In this document: positions 27,974-43,245 of the stretch, piece after piece | How the letters are laid out: every line of letters begins with the position of its first letter | Numbering within the stretch: position 1 is the stretch's first letter | Assembly: GCA_964016885.1 (NCBI GenBank) | Contig: OZ024740.1 | Location: 56,668,001 to 56,732,000, forward strand | Direction of reading: 5' to 3' | DNA length: 64,000 bases | From: Eledone cirrhosa | Lineage: Eukaryota | Program-made: the position numbers and the translations under genes | The notes under the pieces: model-generated | Told to the model about the DNA's origin: nothing | The model's input: the letters and a program-made list of their open reading frames with translations, nothing else | Database searches by the model: none

Positions 27974-28561
27974 TGGTGGCTGCCAACTCGTTTTCGAGTA
28001 CGGCCACTACTTTATATCCATGTAGGAGAACCCCTACCGATGCGCTGAACGAGTGACTTTTTAGTCCAGCCAGCGACTTGAAAACTCTGGTACAAACACT
28101 ACACTTGTGACAATTATTGACACATAGTGCTTTGCCTTTGGTACCATGTGACAAGTGCGGAGAGATCTCCAGATATAAAGCAATGCCTGTGCCGTGAAGC
28201 TTTTATAGTGAGCAAAGGCACTGCACAAAGCCAGTCCCACTCTCTTAACCAAGATGATATTTACCAAAAAGAAGAACAAGTCAACATCATTGGATACCAT
28301 CAGGGTTGCAGGTGTTATATCAGAGTTTTCCTTCTCCTAGAATTCTGCCTTGACAAAGGCTAAGGGGTCATCTCTCCCGGTGATTTTGGATGGCCATTGA
28401 CTCTTAAGAGCTCCTTTGCCTTTTGACAGGTTTTGTTTTTAGTCCTGCAGGATGTCCAAAGTCACCCTCCTCACCAAGAAACCTTGGTGGGGTTGCCAGT
28501 TTAGTCGCCAACGACCCGACCATGGGACAGGTTGTACTGGAATACATGTTACCAGTAGCAC

Positions 28562-28562
<1 letters not shown>
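27972..28562 (-). mobile_element. Bipartite non-autonomous RTE derivative (5' UTR-like part joined to last zinc finger and 3' UTR)
   Basis: CSVCTRVFKSLAGLKSH resembles the last finger at 5085-5160. The 3' end gtactcgaaaacgagttggcagccaccatgt parallels 4819-4850. The 5' part is non-coding with a ggcaacccc motif. Confidence 0.6.
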
Positions 28563-29260
<698 letters not shown>

Positions 29261-29427
29261 GTTCATCTATCTATCTATCTATCTATATAACAGTCTCTCT
29301 CTGGGATGGACACACGCGTGAAACTTGCTGAGTAAGTTCTGCTTAAATTTTTATAGAAATTCTTGACTGTAAACCTTTATTTTTGTACCATTTTGTAGAG
29401 GGAGTGCCAGGTCAAATTTTGATCTGG

Positions 29428-32400
29428 TCAGTCTCTCAAAATATTCTACGCCTTTAGGCGAAATAGTTAACAAAAAGTTTTTTTTTTTAAAAGCTAACAT
29501 TTTTAAAAAATGGCTGAAGCTTCTTCACCAACATTCGAAGGAGAAAGGGAAAGATATGCTTACAGCTTCTCCCTGCCACTGTCATAGTAGCAGATGTCAA
29601 AGACAAAGGTCAGCCAGAGGAACGATTTTCGCCACCTGCTAACCAACAACTTGACGTTGCCATGGCAACAAACCAAAAGTGTGAAACAATGAACAAAACC
29701 AACACAACCAGATGTACCAGCAACAACAACAACAACAACAATGCTACGAACGAAAACAACACCAACAACAATAACAACAACAACAAGACCAATAACTGTG
29801 ATAACAACAACAATGATAAGAACAACACCACCAACTACAACAGCAACACAAACAAGGAAACGTCTCCTTTGCCCAAACGGCAAGGAAAACCCTCGACTAT
29901 CTGCCAGTAGATATAAGCAAAGCGAAGAAGCTACTGGCAGATGCCAAAAAATACATAGTGTACGGGGAAAATGGATCATTTTCGACCCCCCCCCCCCCCC
30001 CCGGAACTAAAAAGCCAGAGACTCCTAAACACTGTTATGTTTAGGACAGTCTCAAACAAAAGCAAAAAACCATTCAACCATCACAGAGTGAGATAGAGCT
30101 GGTTTTAAAAGATGTCATGAAAGACATCACATTCATTCAGAAGGGTAGACTCTACGGGAGTCTATCCATTCTCATGAAGGACAGGGACACAGCAGCGAAA
30201 CTGTCAATAAAACCAATCACATCCACCGCATACACCTTCTACCCTACGTACATGGGTAGAAGGACACAAAAAAATAAAAATTCACACCATCCTTCCGATT
30301 ATGGACATATGGTGGGTATTGACAGGTTTCCTGGACCTAGCCGATGACACACTAATATCCATGGGAAAGGTATCGGGTGACGCGTTCAGTGGAACGGGCC
30401 TCGAACTTGTAGTTCAAATGAGGCCCGAAAGGATCGCCCAGATCCCTGAACACGTCCTACTGGATGATCAAACTTTTATCAACATTACCGTTGAGGGTAG
30501 GCGGCCCTCGTGTTACCTCTGTGGAGCCAGAGGTCACCTGAGGGCTGTCTGTCCTCAACTTAAAAAGAAAACCCCAATCCTGCCTACACCACCAACAACT
30601 GCACAACCAACACAATCACCACAACCACCACTACAAAAACAACAGCCACAGCTCAAACCAAAACAAAACACTGTCCAACCCCCCCCCCCCCCATCCACTA
30701 AAAAAACAATTTCCAAAAAACTCGCACCGCAAACACAACCCGAAAATCTACCCCTCCCTTCCAACGCGGAAGATGACCCTCGTTCGTCGTCAGAAGAGGA
30801 GGAGCACTTCCACACAATCAAAAGAAAAAAAATAAAACACACCTCAGACACACAAATGAAAACAACCCCTCCCCAAAACATAACACAGACACCAACACAA
30901 AAGAGCACACAACAACAGCAAACAAAGAACACCACACAAAAACAAAAACATTCATACACATACATAAACACAAGAAATAAAAAACTGCTAAACATTGTGT
31001 ACAACAACAATTTAGTAAAAACCCAAGGGCCTAACTTCACCCAGGCAGGGGATTTCCCCCACCTCAAAATGATTAAGGTCCCAGAGGACACATAAAACAC
31101 TAAAAAACAGCTTTAAAGAAGACGTGCCCCCTCCCCCCCTGCGTCGGGCCCATTAACCGCGTCCTCCTAAAACACTTCCCCACCCTCTCCCCAAACACCC
31201 ACACAACTCCAAACACCCCAACCACACAACACACTGATGCCCCTACACTTCCACAAACCACCACCCCACCCAACAACCCATCCTCCACCCTCATGGAAAT
31301 CGTGCAGCCTGATACCCGGGACGCAGAGAGGTAAGTGCCTTTTCTCTTCACCACCAACATGGCTATGCTAAGAGTAGGCTATCTAAATGCGCGTGGCCTG
31401 GGCTCAACTTGGAAGCAAGCAATGCTTCTAAATGACCTCAGGTCACAACGTATAGATGTGATGGTTATTTGCGAAGCCCGAATCAGCAACGTGCGACAGC
31501 TGGCCCCCACCTTTGATGACTTTGAGATGCACGCATCTCTCTGTCAGCCCGGAGGTGGGGATGGGGTTGTCGTTCTGTTGCAAAAACATCTGGGTCTCGC
31601 AACACAGACGGTACATTTGGACCCGGAGGGTCGACTAGTGGTTCTGGACCTTGGCAGTGGTGAAGGCGGAGCGTTTAGGCTGGTAGCCGTCTACGGCCAG
31701 ACTTCTTCCATCGTCTGGAGACTTTTCTATGGACGTCCCGCTCCTTGCTATTAGTGGGGGACTGGAATGGTACCCTAGATGCACGTTGGGACTACGTAGG
31801 GGCCTGTCGCGATATAGAGGGATGTAACAGCCTCAAAGGGTTAATCGGACGATTTGACCTGGTCGATAGATATCGACTAGATTTTCCGACTGCGCCAACC
31901 TGGACTTGGGCAAACCGCAGCAGATCATCTAGGTCGTACCTAGATAGGTTCTTAGTTAGAAAAAGGATAAGCAGTTTTTAAGTTGTCCAAAAATGCTCAT
32001 GGTTGGCTATTCAGACCACAAGTTAGTGACCTACATGGTCAACCTTGACAGAACGCATAGACAGGGACCCGGTTACTGGAAGCTCAACTTGTCCTTACCG
32101 GCAAGTAAGGCTTACAGGGACCGGATTAACACTTTAGTTAAGGAGCGGTTGACGGGCGCGATCGTCAACAGCAAGTGGTGGGGATCTCTCAAAAGAGAGA
32201 TTAGAGTAGTCTCTATAGAGTTTAGTAAGGAGTTAGCCTCAAATAGAAATAGGAAGGAAAGGAAGTTGGTAGATAGTGTAGAAGAGGCAATTAGAAGCGG
32301 CGACGTGGCCAGAGTGGTAGCGTCGAGAACGGCCCTGGGCCAGTTCTTCGACGCGAAACACGAAGGCTGCATCGTCCGAAGCAAAATACGTGCTCTGGGA

Positions 32401-34934
32401 AACGAGGGGACCAAAGCTGTTAGCTGGGCTCGCGTGACAGAAGCCAAAAGAGGGAGTAGATCCACTATCCTGTCTTTGCGAGACCAGGATGGACGGGTGA
32501 TCCTTGAACCTAAGCAGATGTGCGAGGCTTTTCAAAAGCACTTTACCAGATTGTTCGGAAGGGGTGGGGAACCGGTTGGGGAAGTGGACTTCGGTCCATA
32601 CCTCGACGGCCTGCCGCGTCTCTCGGACAGGGAGGGAAAATCCTGCGAGGAACCGATTTCAGCCGCTGAGATAGAGGACATGCTGAGCCAATGCGGCAAA
32701 CGCAAATCTCCGGGTCTCGATGGTCTTCCATACGAACTATATCTAGCTATGCCGGACTTGTTCCCCGATCTCCTCGAGGCGGTTTACTGCAACTGGCAAC
32801 AGAACGGGAGAATTCCCTGTGCTGTGACCAAGGGTGTAGTCACGCTAGTGAGGAAGGACGAGAACAAGGGGGACGATATAAATAATTTCAGGCCCATAAC
32901 TCTGCTAAATACAGAGTTACAGATTTTGGCCAAGGTGCTAGCAAAGAGGTTGGCGCTTGTCATGGGCAACCTGTTGGGAGATGCGCAGACATGTGCTATC
33001 CCGTCCAGGTCCATCCACGACAACCTCCACCTCATGCGATATATCATAGAGAGGGTTGGGAACGAACCCGGCTTTGGTGGGGCCCTGATCAACTTGGATC
33101 AATCTAAGGCGTTCGATAGGGTCGACCATGGTTACCTGGATTGGAGCCGTTCGAAATCGCGCGGTCCATCCGACAAGGGTGCCTTCTCTCCTCCCTTCTG
33201 TATGTAATGACTCTAGAGCCACTGCTGCGGAAGTTGGAGTTGTTGCAGGGCATCCCGTTGGAACCGGGATTGCGGAAAGCGGTGTCGGCCTACGCCGATG
33301 ACGTAACAGTAATGGTGTCGACGGCCTCGGAAATCGGGGCGATCGGCACGTTACTGGAGGAGTACGAAAGGTTTACAGGGGCTAAGCTGAACCGGGACAA
33401 GTCGATCGGTCTGCAACTCGGCACGTGGAGGGGCAGATCGATGCCCTCATATGGCGTCGTTGGGCGCTGGACGGAGGGCCCGGTGAAGTTGCTCGGGGTC
33501 TGATTTGGACCAAATTCAGGTGGAGAAGAACTGGAGTGTGGTAAGGAACAGGGTATTTGCACTGACCCAGAAGTGGGCCGAGTGCAAACTGTCCCTGAAA
33601 GGTCGGGCAGAGGTGGCGAACACTTATATAACGTCCGTCATCTACTACCGCATGACCGTCGTGCCTTGCCCAAGGGAAACGCTCGCAAAAATGGAGCGCG
33701 CACTCTTCCAATTCCTTTGGAAGAAGCGGGCTCCTATGGTGAGAAGATCCATCTGCTGTCAACACCCTTCGAAAGGAGGGCTGGGGATGCCGTGGCTAAT
33801 GATACGTAAACACGCATTAAGGCTACGGCACCTCCAGGTATTCCTCACCGGTCAACCGGTGTGGGCCCCGTTTGTGAGGCGAGCCTTTCCCATACTCGTC
33901 TCGCTCACCGAGCTGCAATTCTGGGTCAAACAAAGACCAAGAAAACTGGGCGCCTGGCACACCGAGTGTGCCCAGGCGCTCATGGCTCTCTGGCAGGCGG
34001 ACCCAGCTGTCAGTTGAGAATCCACCTCGCCATTCTATAGAGGGCTGGTGGTTAGCAGGTGCGAAGACGCCCTCGGAGAAGCCCTAGGCATGGAGGAAGA
34101 CGAACTGGACAACCTGTTCGGTAGGACATTCATCCCGGGACCCATGGATAACTTCCAGATGTCTCTGGCCTGGAAGTGCTACCGAGGGTCTCTGCCCGTT
34201 CGAGAAAGGGTCTACAGACACGAGCACCCGGGTAGGACCCCTCGAAAAAGATCTGTCCCAGATGCGTGTGCGACGAGGAAACCGTTGCACACGCATTGGT
34301 ACACTGCTCGGGCATTGCCGATCTGTGGGGCTATGTCGAACAACTGATGTCAAGGGTGGGACCGATCCGGTTGACCACCGAGTCTATTGTAACGATCAAG
34401 CCCCCCCCCCCCTCTTCAAAAACGAAGAGGCGGTGTTTCTGTGCGTAATAGCCATGGCGAAAGAGGTTGTATGGTGGAGCGTCTGAAAGGACTGAAGTCA
34501 GACACCTTTCTCTCTGACCAACAACTGGTCCGTTTCTTCCGATATCATTTCGGAAGAAGGATCAGGATGGAGAGAGAGGTGCTGCACCCCAGCCGTTTTT
34601 ATGAAAGATGGGTGAAAGTGGTGAGAATGGCCCGTGTGAATGGGCCTTCACTCTACATCAGACTATAGGTGAGGAAGATGAAAGATCAAGGGAGCACCTT
34701 CTCTCTGTGCTCCTGAGGAGAAGGGTTGCACACTTTTTCGGGGGTGTGTGCGACCCCCAAAGCGCCTCCTCCCTATTGAGGATTTTGTTATTAAATTTAT
34801 TTTTGTTATATTTTATATATTATTTTTTATATCTGGTTATTGCCTCCTCCTTATTGAGGACGCCTTTTTATGTAAACTCCCCCCCCCTTGTACTTGTCCC
34901 ACTCTTTGATGCCCTGGTGGCAAATAAAAAGAAA
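29428..34934 (+). mobile_element. Near full-length decayed Tx1/L1-clade LINE (ORF1 from 29510, ORF2 31359-34668, both frameshifted)
   Basis: ORF1 zinc knuckle CYLCGARGHLRAVC. ORF2 APE: YLNARGL, GDWN, YLDRF, YSDHK, PGYWKLN. RT: KSPGLDGLPYE, FRPITLLN, LDQSKAFDRVDH, IRQGC, AYADDVTV, GGLGMP. C-terminal CP..C..ET..H.L..C. AATAAA/A-rich end. The 5' boundary is approximate. Confidence 0.92.
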
Positions 34935-34964
34935 GTTATCTATATATCTAACAGTGATATCTAT

Positions 34965-35445
34965 ATATTAGTTGCAACAGTGATATATATATAGATATTT
35001 AAGTTTCCTAGGGTTAAACACCCCAACTCACTTAGCCTGTTATATAAAATAAAAATGGTTACGCCGGCAGGTTGATTTGAGTTTTTTTTTTAAATACACG
35101 AGAGTTCTTCAACGGCAGGTAATTTCGAACTTAGCTATAAAGAAACAAATCTTTTAGATGATCTAAAGGGAGGTAACTATCAAAAGAGACTACAAAGAGG
35201 TGGAACCTCTGCAAAGTTAGTAATTAAAGGAAATTAAATATCCTGAAATTAAAATCAGGTAGTAATTAAAAGAAATTAATTTTCTTTAAATAACCTGTCC
35301 TTGAAGAACTCTCGTGTTTTTTTTTTCTTAAAACAGCCTGTGGAGGTAACCATTTTTTATTCTTTATAACAGGCTGAACGAGTTAGGGTGTATAACCCAA
35401 TGAAACTTAAGGAACTGTATACGTCACTGTTGTAAGTAATTATAC
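34965..35445. mobile_element. Foldback MITE with long imperfect terminal inverted repeats (about 160 bp)
   Basis: caacagtga..taagtttc..gggtt..acacc..aactc..agcctgttata..aataaaaatggttac..acacgagagttcttcaa..caggt is mirrored at 35290-35445. Confidence 0.7.
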
Positions 35446-35578
35446 TTAACTCGTCCTATGGACCGAGTGTTCTTACTCTTGGATATTTATACCAAACTTA
35501 TACTACAGTATACTACAGTATATATATATATATACATATACACACACACAGGCACATAGACACACACACACACACACA

Positions 35579-35639
<61 letters not shown>

Positions 35640-35662
35640 GTTATATGTTATATATATATATG

Positions 35663-35752
<90 letters not shown>

Positions 35753-36399
35753 ATGTATTTATGTATATGAAATCTTTTTCAAGAAGTTAAAAGCCATAGA
35801 AACCTGTCTCAGAGAGTTTTACTGAAGGAAGACTTTCGTTGCTTTCTCGACAATCCGATGCAGTTAACGATGCCGAAACTTTCATGACTGCCTGTGACAT
35901 CTTCCGTTTCACTTTCTTACTAAGCGAATTGCGATGAATACCTTAAATACAAATATAAAGAAATATAAAATCTGGAAATCCTAGATAAAGCAACAACAAC
36001 AAATCAATATTGCCTTGCAAGAAAAGTTGAAAAAAAATCTATTGACTTGAAACTTAAAATTGCACGAATGTTGTTAATAACACATAGCAACCTCAAGATA
36101 ATTCCAGTTGTCATCAGACCTTTGCCATCTGAGCTTTATATAACTAACTCTGCGAGGGTATCTCAAGCTAGTAGCCTCGATCACAAATTTCTCTCCTACA
36201 AAAGTCTGCATTGTTCTTATACTTAGGAATGTGCCGTACATATAAGGTCCTTGCTAAGACTTGAAATGCAGTAGAAGGAATAATAATTATCATATTTATT
36301 TTGAAAACCATCAATAACACCAATAAAAATAATAATCATTACGGTAAAAAAAGTCTTTCAGTCTGTTTTTTTTTTATTTTTTTTTTTTTTTGCGATCAT

Positions 36400-36545
36400 T
36401 TTACTATCTGTGTTCAAATCCCGCCGAAGTTAGCTTTGCCTTTCTTTTATACGGGATCGATGAAAGAGAGCACCAGTAATGCACTGGGGTCGATTTAATA
36501 TACTTTCCCCACCCCAAATTGCTGTCCTTGTCTCTATAGTAGAAA
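36400..36545 (+). mobile_element. tRNA-derived SINE copy, 5'-truncated
   Basis: gttcaaatcccgccgaagttagctttgcctttc...tagtagaaa; reverse orientation of the 8031 family. Confidence 0.75.
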
Positions 36546-37364
36546 TCATTATTTGTGTTATAATTGACAATGTGTAGACGGCCTGACAAATATTAACACG
36601 GAACTTCTCTACAAATATACAAATGGCACATCTTATGAATTAAATATCGTCATATTTGTTTATATTTATATTTGTTCTTTTCAGTTTGAAATCTTGTTTA
36701 TTCATAATTATCGCTATTACTGAACTTGATCATAAATCATTGATCATTGATCTGAATTCATTTCAAGATTAATAAAATAATTTATAAGTTCAGTAAATAC
36801 TTATAACTGCGAATTTATCGATAATAATTTATAATTAATACAGTTCTCATGTTATATTGTGTTGTAAAGTTTCTAAATTTTCTCAGACAATCTCATGAAA
36901 TGGCAGTGATCATTAGGTTTGCTTCTCTATATCAAATAGATTGAGGAAATTAGTTGAGATTGTGTACAAAAACTTGTGTAGTCTCTTATTGTTGGCAATG
37001 TACGAACACGCCTTCCATGTATATGAACCAGACTGCAGATTTCCGTATTGCAATTTAGATAGTTAAGACCTGGAAGAACTCCAAGTAAACGTTAACACTA
37101 ACTCTTGGTAATAACTTACTCATAACTATCCTTGTCAATGCTGGTAAATTTCATTTCCACTTTAGTAGTTAACCTATTCACACTGTTATCAATTGCAAAT
37201 GTTTGCGTTCAGCGAGATTTTGGTATTTTCTAGTCTGGTTGAGACAATGAACAATGCTACATCTGCTAGAAATCATGCAAATAGGCTCACCACATCGAGA
37301 CGTAGGGAAGAATTTTCATATTATAGCCACAATGCTAAATACTGAACTAATATAGAATAAGTTT

Positions 37365-37549
37365 TCCTACTTTTGGCACAAGGCTAGCAATTGCCTCAGT
37401 TCATTACTGGTGCTTTATTTTCTCGAACCCTTAAGGATGAAAGGCAAAGCTAACCTCGACGGGATTTGAACTCAGAAAGTAACTCTATGCCATAACACTC
37501 TGCTGCAAAGCATTGTGTCTGACGCTCTACCGATACTTCCAATACACCG
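37365..37549 (-). mobile_element. tRNA-derived SINE copy
   Basis: Same family as 8031-8663. Confidence 0.8.
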
Positions 37550-37633
37550 AACTAAAATAGAATAACAAGCTAATATTACCACAGGAAGATCTTAAATGGT
37601 AATACTAAGACATAACGATAACAAAATCCCTAC

Positions 37634-37720
37634 CTGGCTGGACGATATATGAATCTTCGCTGCTAGCTGGGGAATGTAAGGGTGAAATACGTCCAAAGGG
37701 TGCATCCAATTTATCTCGCG
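37634..37720 (-). CDS. RIM-family protein linker exon
   Basis: gttttgcag acceptor, gtaggg donor, 87 nt, phase 1->1, open: ARDKLDAPFGRISPLHSPASSEDSYIVQP. Confidence 0.75.
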
Positions 37721-37906
37721 CTGCAAAACAAAACCAAAGCACGTAAAGCTGAAACCTCACAGTAAGTAAAATTTTAGTAGTGACCGAAATCACAGAATAT
37801 ACATAAATGTAGGCAAACATACATGCATACATACATACATACATACATACATACATACATACATACATACATACATACATACATACATACATACATACAT
37901 ACATAC

Positions 37907-38638
37907 ATTTATGCAGAACTGATGAGAAATCTGCAGACACTCCACCCTGATTACACCTTCAGATTTATGCCTGTGATTATTGGGGCACTGGGACATGTTA
38001 GTAACTGCCTCAATACAAATCTTGAGAAGCTAGGCTTCACAGGAACAGAAAGAACACAACTAGTTAGGAAATTACAAGTACAATCCATTAATGGAACAGT
38101 AAAAATATGTAAAACATTCCAAAAATTTTGCATATAATAACTGCATATACACATGTACAGATACAAAGCATATACACATGCACACATACAACTCAAGACA
38201 TCCACATCCACACATACAATAACATCCATATCTACACATGCATGCATATAAACATATCTACCTAGTTGATGTTGTGTAAATTCCAATGAGAGAGTCTTGT
38301 GTCTATGTTAGAAACCGACTCTCTTTTTATTGGTAAAACTTTGTGAAATTATAAAACCAGAAGAACATACATACATAACTAGTTAGGAAATTTTGCATCT
38401 AATAACTGCATATACACATGTACAGATACAAAGCATATACACATGCACACATACAACTCAAATCATCCACATCCACACATACAATAACATCCATACCTAC
38501 ACATGCATGCATGCAGACATGCAGACATATCTACCTAGTTGATGTGTAAATTCCAATGAGAGAGTAGTCTTGTAACTATGTTAGAAACCGACTCTCTCTC
38601 TATTGGCAAAAGTTTGTGAAATTATAAAACCAGAAGAA
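37907..38638 (+). mobile_element. Two tandem 5'-truncated R4/Dong-type family A 3' ends (37907-38365, 38377-38638) inside a (TACA)n tract
   Basis: Near-identical to 4335-4789. (TACA)n at 37817-37906, 38366-38377 and 38639-38699. Confidence 0.9.
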
Positions 38639-39299
38639 CATACATACATACATACATACATACATACATACATACATACATACATACATACATACATACG
38701 TTCGTATGGCGCGCATGCATATATGTATTTATGTATGTATGCGGATTTTTTTCAAGCTCTTTGCTTCCAGAGATCAAACTGTCCACCTTACTGCTGCCCC
38801 ATCAACAATAAGGTTATTGCAAACATGACATTGAATCAAAATTAAAAAGAAAAAGAGTGGTTGTGTATGAAACTCCGACCAATTAAAAACAATGGCCTGA
38901 GTTCATAAAAACAATATTGATCTCGTAGTGAGACAAAACAAAATAATATCTATACATTTCAGTTAATGTTGAAAATAAAACTACTAACAGTCCTTAGTTC
39001 CTTTTCTCAACATTTTGTGTTCCAGTTCCAACGACGTTAACTTTGGCTTTCATTATTCGTGGATTAAATAAATGACTAGAAATGTAACAAACCAATATTT
39101 TTAACAACATTATTTAAGAAAGCAAACACAATTATTTGTGTGTCTGTAACATTTCCAAAGGCGAACTGTCTATGTATAATCCATTTGCAAATTCAATTCT
39201 TTAGAAATATTGAAAATGCGTTCATTCCTTCCCTCTGCCGTATTCTACTCTACTTTCTCTCTTAAACAATAATATTTAAATAAACAAAAAAATCATTAC

Positions 39300-39660
39300 C
39301 AGGAGATTTTTTCGTATGTGTGAGCAGATGTTTTCGTTTTTCATAATTTGGCATGCCTGAAACGCTTTTATGACTAAATGAATGGGCAGGACTCCTGCTT
39401 ATTGGGCTTGGTGACCCTCGACATGGAGTTCCGGCACGTGATGTTTCTGTTGATGCTGAACTCATTGGTGAGTTGTCAGGGAAGAATTGTTGACGCTCAG
39501 GTAGCGGAGAACTGTTCTCATCGTGATCTTCTAGATCATACCAAATTAACTGATTATCCATAGGGGCATCGAATAAATCCATTAAAACTTCCCCAATGAA
39601 ATCATCGTCAGCCGATTTGTTGAATGACCAAAAAGTTACTTCAAGTGTCAAGGACTTGAA
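39300..39660 (-). CDS. RIM-family protein exon, end of C2A plus Ser/Pro-rich linker
   Basis: tttcag acceptor, gtaatg donor, 361 nt, phase 0->1. FKSLTLEVTFWSFNKSADDDFIGEVLMDLFDAPMDNQLIWYDLEDHDENSSPLP matches the RIM C2A end (LE.T.W...F.GE.L..L..A..D....WY.L..HD..S.PLP). Confidence 0.92.
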
Positions 39661-39727
39661 CTGAAATTGAAATATACAAAGCAGTGCAGTTAATATTATA
39701 TATATACATATATATACATATATATAC

Positions 39728-39849
<122 letters not shown>

Positions 39850-39930
39850 GGTAAACAGAAATGACAACACAATCGGTACAGTATATGGAAGGAATATATT
39901 AGGTTAACGCTTGAAATAGCAGGAAGAGAG

Positions 39931-39966
39931 TCTTAACGTTTCGGACGCTAGTTCTTCATCAGAAGA
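39931..39966 (-). ncRNA. Minimal type I hammerhead ribozyme motif (Penelope-type)
   Basis: TCTT-CTGATGA-A-GAAC(TAGC)GTCC-GAAA-CG-TT-AAGA: 4-bp stem I, stem II with one mismatch, ACGT palindrome. Confidence 0.55.
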
Positions 39967-40044
39967 AAGAATGAGAAATAAGATAGATTTAAGTAACGGG
40001 CAGGTAGGAATTGGAAAACATGTGTTTAGAGAAAAATAACAGGT

Positions 40045-40084
<40 letters not shown>

Positions 40085-41771
40085 GGAACCAGGTTTAGTT
40101 AAGTGAACTTTGCTAGAGTAAGCGTATGCCTGCATGTATGATAACTGAAAATCATTTTCTAATTAAATAATAAGCGTTAAATAACATAGATATTATATTT
40201 TTTAGCCATATGCAAACAGCTTTGAGTGATAATTTGCAGATAAATTGTCAATTAATTTTTTCTGAACTTTAAACAAATTTTGACTCTAAAGATATTCAAA
40301 CACTATCATATTTTTAGTATGCATAGTGTCATACTGACAAAATAAAACAAGCATACAATTTAAATAGTCACCAAACTATTAAATACTCCACTAAAATTGG
40401 CTCTGAGCATAAATAATATAGAAATATTGAATCTTAGAAACAAACATTTACGATATTGGTATCTGGAATACAACTAAATACCTTTTCACACACGTGATAG
40501 CCTCAATTTGCTCGAAATAGCAGCCAAATCTACTGAGCTCTCACTCTACCACCTCAAAAGAGACTGGAAGATACATTGTTACACAATGTCTGATAAATGA
40601 TGGAATTATCATGAGTGGAATGTCTTGACCAATGATTTGATCCTTCAATGTTAATCTTTGGATAAAAGCCAATAGAATCTATAGCATTAACATGAAGCAA
40701 ATGTCTTATCAATCGTATGACCCAGACGCATCAATTATTTACAGGACACTGAGTCACCTACGTCTTAATGGTTATTAAAATAACCATTTGATCAAGTTTG
40801 GTTTCTAACTATTTGAAATATTCTATTTTATTTTCGAATAGGATATATATATATATCTATTTTATTTTCGAATGGCCTATATTATACTAGTGTGTAAAAA
40901 GTAATTAGAAACATCGAGTCATTTGACCTAAATTCCACAGAAATTACTACAGACAAGATGAGCTTGGAAGTGCTCTTCATATCTGAAAACTTCTTTAATA
41001 CTGTTAATACTTATTCAAGTTGTTATATAATGAAATTGACTAAGAGAATTCCAAAAGTATGTGAATCAATAATCAAGACAAAAAGCAGTTACTTTTGAGT
41101 ACTTCACATAGAAAATATTTCAGTTCAGTAATCATAATTCTAACTATGTAAGATATGCTTGTAATTTTATTACTGCGACGTGTTCGTTTGATTCCAAAAT
41201 GTAATAAAAGAAAAAAGTAAAAAAAGAGAAAATGGAGAAAAACCAACGATATTCAAGAAATACTTCAATGCGTAGGTCTTCTAGCTGCTGTTTTATTTCT
41301 AGTCATTTAAAGAGAAAGTAATGTAGCTTCAGAGTTAAGTTATATTTTATGCACCTGTTTAATGTCATTTGAATAAAACATTTTCCTGAATTCATCTTGT
41401 AATAAACAATAAATTCATCTTTTTTTCTATAAAATGCAAATATTGAAAGGTTACTGTAGAATCGTATTGAGATTAGATTCTTTTAGTTTGAATAAGGAAA
41501 ACATGAACTAAATGAATTACTAAGATGTTTAATATTCCTCTAATATATAGAGAATCTATGAACAGCTTCCGTTGTTTCTAACGAGAAAATACTGATTTTA
41601 TGTAACGATAAAGAAACATCGATTTGATTAAATTCGGTGTGGCATTTTGAATTCGACATGAATTAAGCGACCGAGTGCAGAATTAAGTTTGCATTGAGCT
41701 CGCTCAGAAAGTTACCCAGTTTTGATTTTCAGTTGAGATCAATCACTACTTTTACTGAAACCATTCGTGAA

Positions 41772-41900
41772 GGCACACAGCTTAATGGTTAGGGTGTTGG
41801 GCTCATGGTCGAAAGATCATGAGCTCGACTTCTGGTGGAGTGTTGAGCAAAAAACTTTATATCCCGCTGCTCCAGTCCACTCAGATAGTAAAAATAAGTT
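41772..41900 (+). mobile_element. Degenerate tRNA-derived SINE
   Basis: gcttaatggttagggtgttgggctca head followed by ttgagcaa...gctccagtccactcag. Confidence 0.5.
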
Positions 41901-41995
41901 GTATCTGTAATATAATACAATTTAGGATGGGCTGTTCCGTTGTTTCAAGAACTGAATCACTCATCATTAGAGTCAGCGTGGGTCCATCACACATG

Positions 41996-42080
<85 letters not shown>

Positions 42081-43159
42081 ACATACACACACACATACAT
42101 ACACACACTAAAGTCATTTGCGTTACTATTTATTCTCTCTAGGAAAAGATACATATGTTAAAACATTAGAGATATTCGTATTTTTCAGTAAGAAATCGTC
42201 ATTGTTCCCGTAGCCAGACGTTACTTTAACGTCTACTCTGAAAATCGTTTATCCTTCTAATGTTGATAAAACAAGTATCAGTGAACTACTGAGATGGATA
42301 TACTCGATTGTACCCTCTATAAACTGTTGTGACGTTGTGCCTATGTTCAAATTCGTTATCAACCTTAATTATTATCCCGTGTTTATCACCAACGATGAAG
42401 CTTGGACATAGTAATTCGTGTGTGTGCGCGCGCGCGTTTATGTGTGTGTGTGTGCAATGCACAGGCACTGCACGATAGAATTAATTGATAATTATTAATA
42501 ATGTTATATCGTGCAATGGCTATACTTGATAACGAAGGGGCATCATCATGTATGTAAGCATGTATTTATGTTTGTATGTATATATTTATTTATGTATGTA
42601 TTCTGGTGCATTTAGAAAGTAACACCAATGATCAGCCCAGGAGATATCAATGAATTGAAACAACCGGAGTAATATCTATTTCTTCTTCGTGTTTTCTTTC
42701 CTCAATTATTAGCTCTCTGATGAAGTCATAACTGTTGCATAAAGGTTATCATCGAAATATATACAACAGCAATTGTATAATGAATAAATGAAGTAAATTC
42801 TAACCTGTTGACTTGCACTTCATTATCATAATAACTATAATCATACTCAAGAATAAACAGACCTATTTGTATACATCATTGAGTGCTTATTCTGCATATA
42901 ATAGTGATGGTGATTAATTAACGCATATTTCACCGAATATATGTATGTATATATTTTGACTTTCGCAAACATGGAAGTGTTTGCCTGTAGCATACCAACT
43001 CCTTCACAAAATTGCGTTAACATCTGATGATGTCACACCGGTGCCAGTTGCTGCTGTAATGATTACATAATTGCTTCACCGAAATACGTATTATGCAATA
43101 GATACGATTATGTATCTTAACGTTAATTCACACAGTCATATATGCGTGTGTGTGTGTAT

Positions 43160-43245
<86 letters not shown>

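Noticed and set aside
29560-31360. Hydrophobic minus-strand ORFs as membrane proteins
   Set aside because: Antisense shadows of the A/C-rich Tx1 ORF1.
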